Part shown: in pieces, positions 1 to 17,929 of the stretch
How positions within the stretch are numbered: the first letter of the stretch is position 1
Layout: every line of letters begins with the position of its first letter
Assembly: GCF_009914755.1 (NCBI RefSeq)
Contig: NC_060942.1
Source: the human T2T-CHM13v2.0 reference genome, Homo sapiens
Strand: one strand, 5' to 3'
Length of the DNA: 64,000 nucleotides
Program-made: the position numbers and the translations under genes
The notes under the pieces: model-generated
What the model was told of the DNA's origin: nothing
What the model saw: only the letters and a program-made list of their open reading frames with translations
Database searches by the model: none

Positions 1-829
1 TCTGCCATACTTAGTAGTTATTGAGAAATATGAACTTCACAGTCCCTCTGGGAACACAAGTGGCCAAGAAACATCATTACAGATGCTGCATTCAAAAAAC
101 CCTAACTTCAAAACTTATTTACACAATTGCTTAGCTTTCCTCTTCCGTAAATGGAATTGTGGGATTTACTAAAAGTCATACAAAGCACATCCAATTTAGT
201 ATGCATATAAGATCTATATTTAAAAAATATTTAAACTGTTTTAAAGTAATTGGGAAAATACGTGTGTGTTCATGCTAAAATGGAGTTAAGATGTGTAACT
301 TCGTTAATGCAGAACAGATTCTATCTTATGCATTGTAGGTAATGAAAAATGCACTTACTGTGTAGTTAAATTGATAAGTAGATTGTTATACTAATAACTT
401 TGGTTTCTCTTAGGGTTTTGTAATAGGCTCTAATTCCAATTTCTTTCAGAATAACTTTATCTAAAGCTTTTGGAAATACTGTAAGAAAACAGAATTTCTA
501 GAGGTGACGATTTTACCTGGTCTCAATCATTTCTCCCTAAATCTGCGGCATCACTGCAGTCAATATTGGGAAAACACTTCTATTATTTCCCATTATCTAA
601 GATAACTGAACATTCACTTTTGCTTCCATTCTTCTCCTCTATTCTTGGGAAAATTGTACATTCCCATCTTGCTTGAAAACTTAGCCTACTTTTTCAAGTC
701 AAGGTAGGAAAAAAACAAAACAAAATCCTACATCCCATTAATCTTGTGCCTGGCCTTCTAGAAAGCTTCTTAGTCTCCTGGTATCCAAGTCAGTTTTGAA
801 CCTCTTTCACTACACTCTTTTACTTCAAG

Positions 830-1010
830 GTACTTACCACACGTTGTAATTTTATACTGATGTATACGTTCATTTTTTAAGAGATTGCCTTCTCACCACT
901 TCCCATGCAGTTAGGGAACATGTTGTTTTATTCACCATCATACACTAATTCCAAAATTATACTCACCCTGTAGTAGTTATTAAAAACATTTACTGAATGA
1001 ATAAATGCTT
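830..1010 (+). mobile_element. L2 LINE 3' end remnant
   Basis: Ends in the L2-type tail 'aaacatttactgaatgaataaatg'; highly diverged. Confidence 0.45.
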
Positions 1011-1444
1011 TCCTGGATATCTTTAGTCCCCTTTTAAGAAGAGATTACTCATCGTATCATGACTAAGTTAGTACAAACTCCTAATATTCCCTCTGTTTTT
1101 CCTTATTGGATCTAAAAAATATATCTTCTTAAACCCCAGTGAACTTTTTTTTTCCTCTGGACTGAAATGATCTCCTGAGTTTCATTTTTCCATGTTAGAT
1201 AATTTTCACATTAGTTTGAAAGCAATGAAATAAAATATTAATTTTCTAGTCCCTTAAGCATGAGAAAATACTTTTCTACTTCCAACAGAGCCATTGGCAA
1301 AAGTATAAAGCCATATTTTAGTTCAACAGGTTTTTCTGAATGCAAATGCAATAATTTTTTTGGTACTTTCTGATATATAAAATGAGAACACAGTGGCCAG
1401 CTATCTCAGAAACTTATTGTCTAATAGGATATAAAAATTTAAGG

Positions 1445-1905
1445 GATGTGGGAACTGTCAACTCCCCAAAAGACAAGAATAACCAGTTACTTTAGCAAAG
1501 CTAAATTTATTAGACACACTGCAGTAAGTGAAAATGCAATCTTGACAGAGGTAAGGGGTAACTCAGGGAGGAGGAAGATAGTCATATAATGTTAGGATTT
1601 GAAAAGAGAAATTTTAAGGTGGGTCTTGCAAGGAGCCGAACTGGTTGGGACTTGTCAGAATTTATGATGTACTGACTTTGGATTGGAGCCTGCAGAGAAG
1701 TGAGGGTCTTGAAGTGAGGCACGGCAAATCAGCTGTCAGTCTTTGGTACATGAGCTATCCTCATTTGTTCACAGTCTGATTTCCTGGAGTACCTACGTTT
1801 ATTATGTTTATTCTCAGTATTGTTTAATATAGCCACAAGATGTATGCCCAGACACAGCGTTATTTAACACAGGGACAGAAAGTTATTTTGGTATCTGCTT
1901 TCAGT
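1445..1905. mobile_element. Old ERV-class LTR remnant, family unassigned
   Basis: Begins tgtg; 'caaagctaaatttattagacacactgcagtaag' resembles antisense LTR ends; family not resolvable by eye. Confidence 0.35.
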
Positions 1906-1949
1906 CCTTTATTTTCCTTATTCATTAGCCTTATCTGAAAAACAGCCTG

Positions 1950-1989
1950 TTATCTGGGTACATGATAAAGCCATCATGTACCCAGATAA
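1950..1989. repeat. Perfect inverted repeat, 17-bp arms with 6-nt loop
   Basis: ttatctgggtacatgat (1950-1966) + aaagcc + atcatgtacccagataa (1973-1989); arms are exact reverse complements. Confidence 0.95.
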
Positions 1990-2674
1990 TCACTTAATAA
2001 CTGCTTGATATGTTACAGTCATGTGTAAAGTTTCTGATAATTTCAATTTCTTGAAGCTTAAGTTTTCTATTTTCTTCTATTTTTGTTGGAAGAGAATTTC
2101 TTTTATCATTTTGTTTGATGGGACTGCAGCTATGAAATAACATTTGAGATTCTGGAGATTACACATTTAAGCTCTGCAACACAAACACTAATTTGAATTA
2201 TTATTACCAGAACTATAGTCCGCTTCTAATCAAGCAAATGAGTACTGAAATTAAACCTGAGGACAGATCAAATTCCCCATCCAAATGGCCAGCAAAACTG
2301 TATATGGGGACATCAGCTAAAATGCCTAAGTTCACAAATCATATATTTTTTCAAATCTTTTTGGTAATATTAGAGATGTAAGAGAGAGCTGTCAGATTTA
2401 AGTACAATATTCTTTCCCTATATATTCTCCTGAGAGACCAGTATACTATATAAAGAAGGTCTTTTTTTTTATTATACTTTTAAGTTCTAGGGTACATGTG
2501 CACAACGTGCAGGTTTGTTACATATGTCTACATGTGCCATGTTGGTGTGCTGCACCCATTAACACGTCATTTACATTAGGTATATCTCCTAATGCTATCC
2601 CTCCCCACTCCCCCAACCCCACGGCAGGCCCTGGTGTGTGTGTTCCCCGTCCTGTGTCCAAGTGTTCTCACTGT

Positions 2675-6485
<3,811 letters not shown>

Positions 6486-6548
6486 TGTGATGTTAGCTGG
6501 TTATTTTGCTCGTTGGGTAATGCAGTTTCTTCCTAGCATTGATGGTCT

Positions 6549-7577
6549 TTACAATTTGGCATGTTTTTGCAGTGGCTGTTACCAGTTGTTCCTTTCCATG
6601 TTTAGTGCTTCCTTCAGGAGCTCTTGTAAGGCAGGCCTGGTGGTGACAAAAATCTCTCAGCATTTGCTTGTCTGTAAAGGATTTTACTTCTTCTTCACTT
6701 ATGAAGCTTAGTTTGGCTGGAAATGAAATTCTGGGTTGAAAATTCTTTTCTTTAAGAATGTTGAATATTGGTCCCCACTCTCTTCTGGCTTGTAGAGTTT
6801 CTGCTGATAGATCTGCTGTTAGTCTGATCAGCTTCCCTTTGTGGGTAACCCGACCTTTCTCTCTGGGTGCCCTTAACATTTTTTCCTTCATTTCAACTTT
6901 GGTGAATCTGACAATTATGTGTCTCAGAGTTGCTCTTCTTGTAGAGTATCTTTGTGGTGTTCTCTGTTATTTCCTGAATTTGAATGTTGGCCTGCCTTGC
7001 TAGGTTGGGGAAGTTCTCCTGGATAATATCCTGCAGCGTGTTTTCCAACTCGGCTCCATTCTCGCTGTCACTTTCAGGTACATCAATGAGACGTAGATTT
7101 GGTCTTTTCACATAGTCCCATATTTCTTGGAGGCTTTGTTCATTTCTTTTTACTCTTTTTTCTCTAAACTTCTCTTCTCACTTCATTTCACTCATTTGAT
7201 CTTCAATCACTGATACGCTTTCTTTCACTTGATCGATTCGGCTACTGAAGCTTGTGCATTCGTCAGGTAGTTCTTGGGCCATGGTTTTCAGCTCCATAAG
7301 GTCATTTAAGGTCTTCTCTATGCTGTTTATTCTAGTTAGCCATTCATCTCTTCTTTTTTCAAGGTTTTTAGCTTCTCTGCAATGGGTTCGAACATCCTCC
7401 TTTAGCTTGGAGAAGTTTTTTTATTACTGATCATCTGAAGCCTTCTTCTCTCAACTAGTCAAAGTCATTCTCCATCCAGCTTTGTTCCTTTGCTGGTGAG
7501 GAGCTGCATTCCTTTGGAGGAGAAGAGGCACTCCGATTTTTAGAATTTTCAGCTTTTCTGCTCTGGTTTCTCCCCAT
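6549..7577 (-). pseudogene. L1 ORF1 (RNA-binding), disrupted
   Basis: Fragments KRPNLRLI and ADLSAETLQARREWGPIF; frameshifts; premature TAA at 6579-6581. Confidence 0.93.
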
Positions 7578-9436
7578 CTTTTTGGTTTTATCTACGTTTG
7601 GTTTTTGATGATGGTGATGTACAGATGGGGTTTTGATGTGGATGTCCTTTCTGTTTGTTAGTTTTCTTTCTAACAGTCAGGGCCCTCAGCTGCCGGTCTG
7701 TTGGAGTTTGCTGGAGGTCCACTCCAGACCCTGTTTGCCTCAGTATCGCCAGCTGCAGAACAGCAAATATTGCAGAATGGCAAATGTTGCTGCCTGATCT
7801 TTCCTCTGGAAGCCTTGTCTCAGAGGGGCACCCAGCTGTATGAGGTGTCAGTCGGCCCCTACTAGGGGGTGTCTCCCAGTTAGGCTACTTGGGGGTCAGG
7901 GACCCACTTGAAGAGGCAGTCTGTCCGTTCTCAGATCTCAAACTCCGTGCTGGGAGAAATACTACTCTCTTCAAAGCTGTCAGACAGGGATGTTTAAGTC
8001 TGCAGAAGTTTCTGCTGCCTTTTGTTCAGCTATGCCCTGCCCCCAGAGGTGGAGTCTACAGAGGCAGGCAGGCCTCCTTCAGCTGTGGTGGGCTCCACCC
8101 AGTTGGAGCTTCCCTGCTGCTTTTTTTACCTACTCAAGCCTCAGCAATAGCGGATGCCCCTCCCCCAGCCTCACTGCCACCTTGCGGTTTGATCTCAGAC
8201 TGCTGTGCTAGCAGTGAGCGAGGCTCCTTGGGCATGGGACCCTCCAAGCCAGGCGCAGGATATAATCTCCTGGTGTGCCATTTGCTAAGGTCATTGGAAA
8301 AGTGCAGTATTAGGGTGGGAGTGTCCCGATTTTCCAGGTACTTTCTGTCATGGCTTCCCTTGGCTAGGAAAAGGAATTCCCTGGCCCCTTGCACTTCCCA
8401 GGTGAGGTGATGCCCCACCCTGCTTCAGCTCACACTCCATGGGCTGCACCCACTGTCCGACAAGCCCCAGTGAGATGAACCCAGTACCTCAGTTGGAAAT
8501 GCAGAAATCACCCATCTACTGTGTCACTTATGCTGGGAGCTGTAGACTGGAGCTGTTCCTATTTGGCCATCTTGGAACCTCAAGAGGGTCTATTTTGAAC
8601 CACCACTTGTCTAATTCCAAGAACCTCTCAATAAGCAGTTCTACAGTCTTAGTACAATTGTCTAGTTTTTCTGGTATTTTCTGGATTATGGCATGTAGTA
8701 TTCTCCCTACTTTTGTGCCTCATGTGAAATGGAAATAAAAAGCCTTGGGAATAGAAGTTAAATAGTTAGTTTTTGAATTCGAATGAAAGCTCAGATTTAT
8801 CATTCTTAAATTAAATTCACCTAAAAATCTCTTTTTCTAAAAAGAAAAAATTATGAGCCAAAATGGGATGGGTGATATTAGGGACTGTCCTGAAGGCATA
8901 TATCAATCCAGTTTGTGGTTAAGGCTCTTGCAAGAATAGTCAGAAAATAGTTGTATGGAGCCACCCAGTGATCTGTTCTCAAACAACATAATCCAATGGG
9001 CTGATTGAATAGGATAGTATGGTTTTAGCACCACTAAAGAAGAGTAATCTGAAATCACATGATGAAATTTTAGCACTGATATCATCAAATAGATCTAAAG
9101 CCAAAGAGCTTGTGGTTGAGTCTAAGTATTGTGCCTAAAAGTGAGATGGCCTCTTCATGCACCACTGCTTCCTTGCAGTTATCCAAAATATATTTATGTG
9201 AAAATTCTGCTCAAAAGGTTGTCACCTATGTGTGGTTTTCAAGTGTTGTGTCTGTGGATACAAGGGTCTCACTTTCTAGCTATTATCTAATAGGGAATTC
9301 TAGATTTCTGACTATCTAGCAGTTGTTTGTCATCTAAAATGTTTCTGAGCATTTCAGTCCAATTACCACTAAATTAACTGACTTACTGCAAGGTATTGGC
9401 ATCACAGGAAGCTGGAGAGCAACCAAAAGAAAGTGA

Positions 9437-9753
<317 letters not shown>

Positions 9754-9942
9754 TCCCATTCTATTTTTTAAGCACACCTCAGCTAATTTTAGCCAACTAG
9801 TAAACACATATCAAGGAGTAACTCTGGATGCAATATCAAGGTCAACGGAATATAGTGTCATAGTTAAGAGGTAAAAATAAAAATTTAATAACAATCTAGA
9901 ACTAAACCAACAAAAAACAAAGCAAATAATAGCTACAGTAAT

Positions 9943-10020
9943 GTGGTAGACAGAATAATGGCCCTTCAAAGATGTACACACACTAATCTTCAGCACCTGT
10001 GAGTATGTCACTTATATGGC
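9943..10020 (+). mobile_element. MLT1 (MaLR) LTR 5' fragment
   Basis: tgtggtagacagaataatggcccttcaaagatgt matches the recalled MLT1D-type start. Confidence 0.65.
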
Positions 10021-10079
10021 TCAGAATGTCACTAAAATAGCAGTGAAATTGCTCAGTTTTCCACACTTTTGGGTACAAC

Positions 10080-10935
10080 TCAGGTTCCTGGGATAAATTG
10101 CATGTGGTCATTATGTGTATGTTTTAATATGTTGCATGACTTGACTTTTTCATTGAGGATTTTTGTGACCTTATTCAACAGAGATCTTGATCTGTACTTT
10201 TATTTTTTTGTCTTGTATTTGCTCAGTTTTGGTATCTGGGTAATATTGGCTTAATAAGGTGTGTTGGAAAGTTTGTTATCCTCTTCTATTTATTAAAAGA
10301 GTTTATAAGAATTGTTATTAGTTTTTTTTATTAAATGTCTGGCAAAATTCATCAGTACAGCCAATTTGGCCTGGGCTTTTTGTGTGTGGGGGAAGTTTTC
10401 TGATTACTAATACACTCTCTTATCTATCCATTCAGATGTTATATTATTTCTGATGTTGGTTTTGACAGCTTGGGTGGTTTCTTTCTTAGAAATTAATTTG
10501 CTTATTTAGTCTAAATTATCAAATGAGTTGGCATACTACCGTTTATATTATTACTTTGTTTAATTTCCATAAGGTTGAGTGATATCTCCCCTTCCATTCC
10601 TGATTTCAGAAATTTCAGTCTTCATGTTTTTATTTTTTTGACAATCTAGATTAAATTTTGTCAATTTTGTTGATCTTTTCAAAGAACCAACTTTTAGTTT
10701 ATTGATTTTTTGGTATATTTTTCTTTTATCTATTTTGTCTCCATGTTAATATTTATTATTATTCTCCTCTCTTGCTTGCTTTTGGTTTAGTTTGCTTCTC
10801 GTTTCACAACATCTTAATGTAAAAGTTTAGATTATTGATTTGACGTGGTTCCTCTGTTTTAATATTGATGTTTAAAATTATAAATTACCCTCTAAGCACT
10901 GCTTTAGTTGCAGGCCATAATTTTTTAAACTTTTT
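10080..10935 (-). mobile_element. Old L1 (L1M) ORF2 fragment
   Basis: Antisense L1 motifs such as 'tcaattttgttgatcttttcaaagaaccaacttttagtttt'. Confidence 0.75.
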
Positions 10936-12770
10936 TTCTACTTTTATTTTAGGTTCAAAGGATACATGTGCAGATTTGTTACATGGGTAAATTGCATGTT
11001 TCTGAGGCTTGGTGTATGAATAATTCTGTCATCAAGGTAGTGAGCATAGTGCCCGACAGGTAGCCTTCCAATGCATATTCCCCTCCCAGCTTCCCCACCC
11101 AAGGAGTTGTCAGTGTCTGTTCCCATATTTGTGTCCATGTGTATTCAATGTTTAGCTCTCACTTATAAGTGAGAACATGTGGTGCTTGGCTTTCTGTTCC
11201 TTCATTGGTTCACTTAGGATAATGACCTCCTGCAGCATCTGTGCTGCTGCAAAGGACATTATTTCATTCATTTTTATGGCTGCGTAGTATTCCATGGTGT
11301 ATATTGTCCACATTTTCTTTATCCACCATTTGTGGGCATCTTGGTTGATTCCATGTCTTTGCTATTGTGAATAGGGCTGAGATAAACATATGAGTGCATT
11401 GTCTTTTTGGCAGAATGATTACTTTCTTTTGGGTGTATACCCAATAAGGGATGGGATGGCTGGGTTGAATGGTAGTGATGTTTTAAGTGCTCTAAGAACT
11501 TTCCACACTGCTTTCCACAATGACTGAGGTAATTTACATTTCCACCAGCAGTGTCTAAGTCTTCCCTTTTCCTTGAAACCTTGCTAGCACCTGTTGCTTT
11601 TTGACTTTTTAATAATAGCTATTCTGACTGGTGTGATGTGGCATCTCATTGTGGTTATGATGTGCATTTATCTAATGATTAGTTATGTGGAGCATATTTT
11701 CATATATCTGTTGGCTACATGTATGTCTTCTTTTGAGAAGTGTCTGTTCATGTCCTTTGCCCATTTTTGAATGGGGCTATTTGTTTTGTTTGCTGACTTG
11801 TTTAAGGTTCTTATAAATTCTCGATATTAGACCTTTGTCAGATGAATAGTTTGCAAATATTTCCTCCCATTGTGTAGTTTGTCTGTTTACTCTTTTGATG
11901 TTTTTTTTTTTTCTGTGCAGAAGCTCTTTAGTTTAATTAGGTGTCACTTGTTAAATTTTGTTTTTGTTGCAATTGTTTTTGGAGACTTAATCATACACTC
12001 TTTGCCACAGCCAATATCCAGAATGGTATTTCCTAGGTTTTCTTCTAAGGTTTTTCTTGTTTTAGGTCTTACATTTAAGTCTTTAATCCATCTTGGTTAA
12101 TTTTTGTATATGGTGAAAGGGAGGAGTCCAGTTTCAATCTTCTGCATATGACTAGCCAGTTATCCTAGCACTATTTATTGAATAGGAAGTCCTTTCCTTA
12201 TTTTTTGTTATTGTTGATTTTGTCCAAAATCAGGTGATTATAGGTGTGGCCTTAAGGCACATCTCATATGGTGGCAGAAAAAAGAAGAGAGCTTGTGCAG
12301 GGAAACTCCGCCTTATAGAACCATCAGATCTCATGAGACGTATTCACTATCACAAGAACAGCATGTGAAAGACCTGCCCCCATGACTCAATTGCCTCCCA
12401 CCAGGTTCCTCCCACAACACATGGAATTTCAAGATGAAATTTGGGTGGGACACAGCCAAACCATATTAAGTACCATACTGTTTTAATTGCTGTAGGCTTG
12501 TCATATAGTTTGAAGTTGGGTATTGTGATGCCTCCAGCTTTGTTCTTATAGGATTGCCTTGGTGATTTGGGCTGTTTTTTTCCATATAAATTTAAGAATA
12601 GTTTTTTTCTAGTTCCATGAAGAAGCTATTGGTAGTTTAATAGAAACAGCATTGAATCTGCAGATTGCTTTGTGTGGTATGGGCATTTTAACAATATTGA
12701 TTCTTTCCATGAGCACGGAATGTTTTTTCATTTGCTTTTGCTGTCTCTGATTTCTTTCAGCAGTCCTTCT
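10936..12770 (-). mobile_element. 5'-truncated older primate L1 (L1PA13-16-like) nested in L1M
   Basis: Antisense 3'UTR 'aggttcaaaggatacatgtgcagatttgttacatggg' followed by the ORF2 3' region; interrupted by a THE1 fragment. Confidence 0.8.
12253..12469 (-). mobile_element. Partial THE1 (MaLR) LTR
   Basis: 'agagcttgtgcagggaaactcc...ggacacagccaaaccatatta'; only one end of the LTR is present. Confidence 0.85.
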
Positions 12771-12789
12771 TGGTATATTGGTTTTTTTA

Positions 12790-15700
12790 CTTTTTTTTTT
12801 GTCTCAAACGATTTCCTAATTTCTTATGTGATTTTTTCTTTCTACAATTATTTATTGAGGGTGTGTTGTTTGATTTCCACAAATTTGTGAACTTGCCAAA
12901 TTTCTTCCTGTTTTTAATTTCTAATTGTATTACATTGTGGTCAGATGATATATTTTGTGATATTTTAACCTTTTTAATTGTATTGAGGCTTGTTTTTGAG
13001 TCTAACTTATTTTCTACCCTGGACAATGTTCCATATGTGCTTGAGAAAAATGTATATTCTGCTAATGTCAGGTGGGGTGTTCTACAGATATGTTATAACT
13101 GGCTTATAGTGTTTTTTAAAGTCTTCAAAATCCTTATTGATATTCTGCCTAATTGTCCTATCTATTTCTCAAAGTGGGGTATTTGATTTGTCAATTTTTT
13201 GATAATTTTTTTTTCCTTTTTTTAACTTTCATTTTAGGTTCTTTTATATTATTTTATCACCTAGGTATTAACCCCAGTGCCCAATAGTTATCTTTTCTGT
13301 TCCTCCCACCCTCTCCTCTCAAGTAGACCCCAGTGTCTGTTGTTTCCATCTTTGCATTCATAAACTTTTATCATTTAGCTCCCACTTATGAGAACATGTA
13401 GCATTTGGTTTTGTATTCCTGCATTAGTTTGGTAAGGATAATATCCTCCAGCTCCATCTATGTTCCTGCAAAAGACGTGATCCCATTCTTTTTTATGGCT
13501 GCATAGTATTCCATGGTGTATATGTACCAGATTTTCTTTAACCAAGCTGTTACTGATGGGCATTTACGTTGATTCCATGTCTTTGCTATTGATGATTCAC
13601 CAATTATTTTTGAATCTTCTATTTCTCTTTCCAAGTCTATTTGTGTTTGATCTATGTATATTAAAGCTTTGCTCTTAGGTGCATATATGTGTATAATTAC
13701 TATGTCTTCATGATGAATTGATCTTTTATCATCATAAAATGTCTCTATCTCTGGTAACACTTTGTATTTTGTGGTTTGCTTGCTACTAGCATATCCAATC
13801 AAGCTTTGTTACGGTGCTGTTTTTGCAGTATATGTATTTTCATTCTTTTAATTTCAATCTATTTGTATCTTTGAATTGAAAAGGTTTCTCCTGTAGACAA
13901 CATTTGTTTTATTTTTCACTCACCTTGACAACCTCTGTCTTTGTATTGGATTGTTTAATTCGTTCACATTTAATGTTATGATTGATAATATCTGATGTAC
14001 AGGTATTTTACTTTCTATGTCTGATATCTCTTTTGTTCTTCTCTTCCACCATTACTATTGTCTTTTGCATTGTGAATATTTTCTAGTATAACATTTTAAT
14101 TCATCAAATTATTGTTCCATCATAGTTTTAGTTATTTTCTTAGTGTTTGTTCTATGCTTATATTATATGCATCTTATCAGATATGCTTCAAATTTAGACT
14201 AGCTTAACTCGAGTGTGATATCGAAATTCTACTGCTTTATAGCTTATCCCTTTCTCCCATGCTTTGTAATCTTATTACTCTACATATTACATCAATATAT
14301 ATCACACACACACTACATTGCTCTAATTATCATCTTATATAAGTTTATGTATTTTAAAGCAGTGGTCCCCAACCATTTTGGCACCAGGGACTGGTTTCAT
14401 GGAAGACAAATTTTTCCACAGATGGTGAGGGTCAGGGGTGTGGTTTCAGGATGAAACTGTCACGCCTCAGATCATCAGGTTCATAAGGAGACTCATAACG
14501 AGCACGCAAACTAGATCCCTTGAATGTGCAGTTCACAATAGGGTTCATGCTTCTATAAGAATCTAATGCTGATGCTGAAGTGACAGGAGGCAGAGCTCAA
14601 GCAGTAATGTTCGCTTACCCCCAACTCACCTACTTCTGTGCAGCCTGGTTCCTAACAAGCCATGGACTGGTACTGGTCTGTGGCCTACGGGTTGGGGACT
14701 ACTGTTTTAAAGAATCTGATAGAACAAAATGGGGAAAAAGATACATGTTTATTGAGTTGGTAATATTAACCTTCTTATTTAGCGTTTCTGCTTATCTTTG
14801 TCTATTACTGTGGATTCAAGTTACCATATGGTGTCATTTTCATATGGCAATAAACTTTGCTCCCATTCACCTTTGTCAAAATATATTTCATTTCTGTAGG
14901 TTATGGGCCCCACAGTACAATTACAGTACTGTAATTTTACAGTACAATATATATACAGATATGTAATTTTATACAATTATTTTAAATTCACTCAACAAAA
15001 GAAAGCAGAATATGCAATTACACAACAGCTGCTTGAAGTCTTTGTTTGCTAAGTCCAACATCTGTGCTCTCTCAAAGGCAGTTTTTCTTGCCAGCTTTTT
15101 AAACCCCTGAACATATTTAAATCTTCTTCTTTGTTGGTCTATTAACATAATTTTCAGTTGAAAACTGGATATTATGACAATATATTTTAGCAACTCTGAT
15201 ATTATCACCCCACCCCCAAAGTAGTCATTATTGTTTGCTAATTTGTTTGTTTGGTTTTTAGTGACTTGGCTGAACTACTTTAGTGAAGACAATTTTCCCC
15301 AAGTGTGCAGCCTCTGATGCTGCTTTTCAGAGGGTACAAGCATGGGCATGCACACACTCATTCTGACTCCCCCACCCCACTGGCATGACAGTGTTTTCGT
15401 CCAGGCTCTATTTGACTATTTCTTTCTCTGAACTCCCTGTTCAGCTACTGGCTGCTCTGCTGTACTGGTATCAGTACTGTACGGGAATCAGACACAGATG
15501 TTAGCATCTACTAATTTCTAGCATCTACTAATTGCTTTTTTATTTTTGACAACATCATGGGATGTAAATTAGTCTGTAGTTTGATGGAATTAAAGCTGGG
15601 CTTGTTCACAGGGATAATCTTTGAGGCCAGACTTTGAGGCTTCTTCCCATCTGCAGGTGGACTCCACTAAGCTATTTTTTTCTTTCTTATTTCCGTTAAA

Positions 15701-16560
15701 CTTATAACTGTCTCATATCTTTGCTGTTATTGTTACTACAGAGCTTCAAGACCACTTTTAGTTGCTTATCACTAAATTTTCTTCCTTTTTTTTGACAATG
15801 CCCTTAGATCTGAACTTTCCCATACTCTGTCTCATGTAACGTGAGTCCTCTTAGAACTATGGAGTTCTTTATTCCTATGACCTTTCTCTCCCCACCATGG
15901 GGAGAAAACAGATGTCACTGCTTCACAGTGTGGGTGCAAGGACAGCAGAGTACTTCTCATATAATGGCCCCTGTTCTGTGTGTAGGGTACAGGTCATGGT
16001 AGTAGCTGCTGGTATTGTCTTTCTTCTCCTGTAGTGGAACATCTGGCATACACAGAATGTGGGGGAAGTGTGATTAGGCTCCAGTATTCTTGGCCTATCA
16101 TGTCTGGTATAGGACTTCTTCTCTTTAAGTGGGAGCTCGGTGGAGAAAGGGAACCCCCAGCAACTCTACTGGTCTTGCCTTGAATGGGGCTCCTGCAACT
16201 TGGAGCTAAGGGGAAGGGGGAAATAGTGGTGGCCTATTCCCCCTAGGGGAATACCATAACCTTAGATTGGGATCTGGGGTAAAAGAGAGCTGCATCTTCT
16301 TGGCAACATATGCCTGGAATAGAATGTCCATCAATTTGAGCTGGGGAAGTCATAGGGAGCAAATTATGGCTCGAATGTTATTGACTGTTGCTGTTCTTAC
16401 CATGACTTAGTAGATTTCCTTGAATAAACATTTCTCCATTTGCTGTATGACCTTAGGCATCCAGATATTAAAATATTATTTTTATAATTATTACCGGTTA
16501 TTGTTTTACTAGAAAGGGGATCCACAGAGCTCCTTACATCACTATTCTAGATGTTCTTTT
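12790..16560 (-). mobile_element. Old L1M fragments with a nested L1PA 3' fragment (~13210-13590)
   Basis: Minus-strand ORFs resemble L1 endonuclease (SDHNVIQLEIK; IHIYAPK); L1PA 3' end 'gctgcatagtattccatggtg' nested; interrupted by MER1B. Confidence 0.65.
14360..14704. mobile_element. MER1B (hAT-Charlie non-autonomous DNA transposon)
   Basis: Terminal inverted repeats cagtggtcccc...ggggactactg; 8-bp TSD ttttaaag on both sides. Confidence 0.92.
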
Positions 16561-17929
16561 GACCTGGCACTCTTGTATAGATATATCACAATTTATAGCA
16601 TCCTTAAATATTTTTTTCCATTTCTGACTACTTTTCAGATTATTTTTTATTATCACAGAAAATGAATCACTATTTGTAATCACCTCATTTGGGGAGGGTG
16701 TATTTCAAAAGAGCCAGATGAGAATTTAGACATCAGCATTTTCTGCTTTCTTCTTCCTACCCCTAATGGAGGTTTAAACCATGCAGTTGGCAGGTGGCTG
16801 ACATGGAGATGAAAGAAGCACAGAGATCCAAGTCGATGTCTTAATTTCTGGCCCTGTTTTACAACCTTCTTCAAACTCATTGTTGAAGTCCAGGAAATGT
16901 TTCTGTCTCTTGCCTGGCTCTATGGTGGGAAAACAACTCTCATATCATCACCTCGTATCTCCCATATTCTGCTTTTTGGTTTTTGTTGTTTTTAATAAAA
17001 TACATGTTTCAGGTCTGTAAGCTCTGAATTTTAGAATCGAAATGACTTTCTCTATTACAATAACTACAGTTACAAATAAAAAGTGTTTTTGCTTTCAGTA
17101 AATTATCTGTTTAGTAAGTTTTCAAGAACTAAGTTGAAGGGTGTAGCTATTTATTCCTGGCTAGAGTAAGACATGCAGAAATCTATCACTACTGCCCAGC
17201 TGTTGAGAGTATGGAGGCAACAAACACAAGGAAACTTGAACAAAGCAAAGTCAGTTAACATCTCAAAATATTATTTTGTTATTACTTTAAAATTATTCAA
17301 TATATTACACAGTCCTCTTATTTGGGAGAAATTGTGGGATGATAGATCTACAGAAGGTAGCTGCTAACGAAAGTCCAGTTGGCTCATTATATTCTTTAAA
17401 ATCACAATATAATATTTAAGAGAAAGAATAAAGGAATGGGCTACTTTACTTTCATATGTTTGTTTTTAACATAGTGATTTCTAAGACTGGTTTCTCCTTA
17501 GCTCTTTTCAGACTAACCATTTCTATATGAAGGAGCCCAAAGCTCCCTAAATGTCTCTGACATGCCATGTTCATCTTTGTGCATTTATAGAATGTTTTGG
17601 TTTTGCTGTTTGCACAGGCTTCAGTTGAGCATCTCTGTTCTGCTTTCCTATGTGAGCTCCACTTGAATGCGTCAAGCTGCATTTTGGAGTATGCCTGAAA
17701 GTTAACACCATTACAGCAAAAGGGTAACTTTTCACTTAAAAGAAGCTATAAGTTGATTATAAATTATTTTTTAGAAAACAAGAGTGTATTTTAAAAAAAC
17801 TTATTAATATTAAATGAGAAAACTTCCAAAAAGCTAAATAATTTCTTCTCCAGTTCAGAAAATTTATTAGCTTAAAGCCAGAATAAAAGCTTGAGGATCT
17901 GCTTGATCATGTCTGCTGTTTAACCCCTC

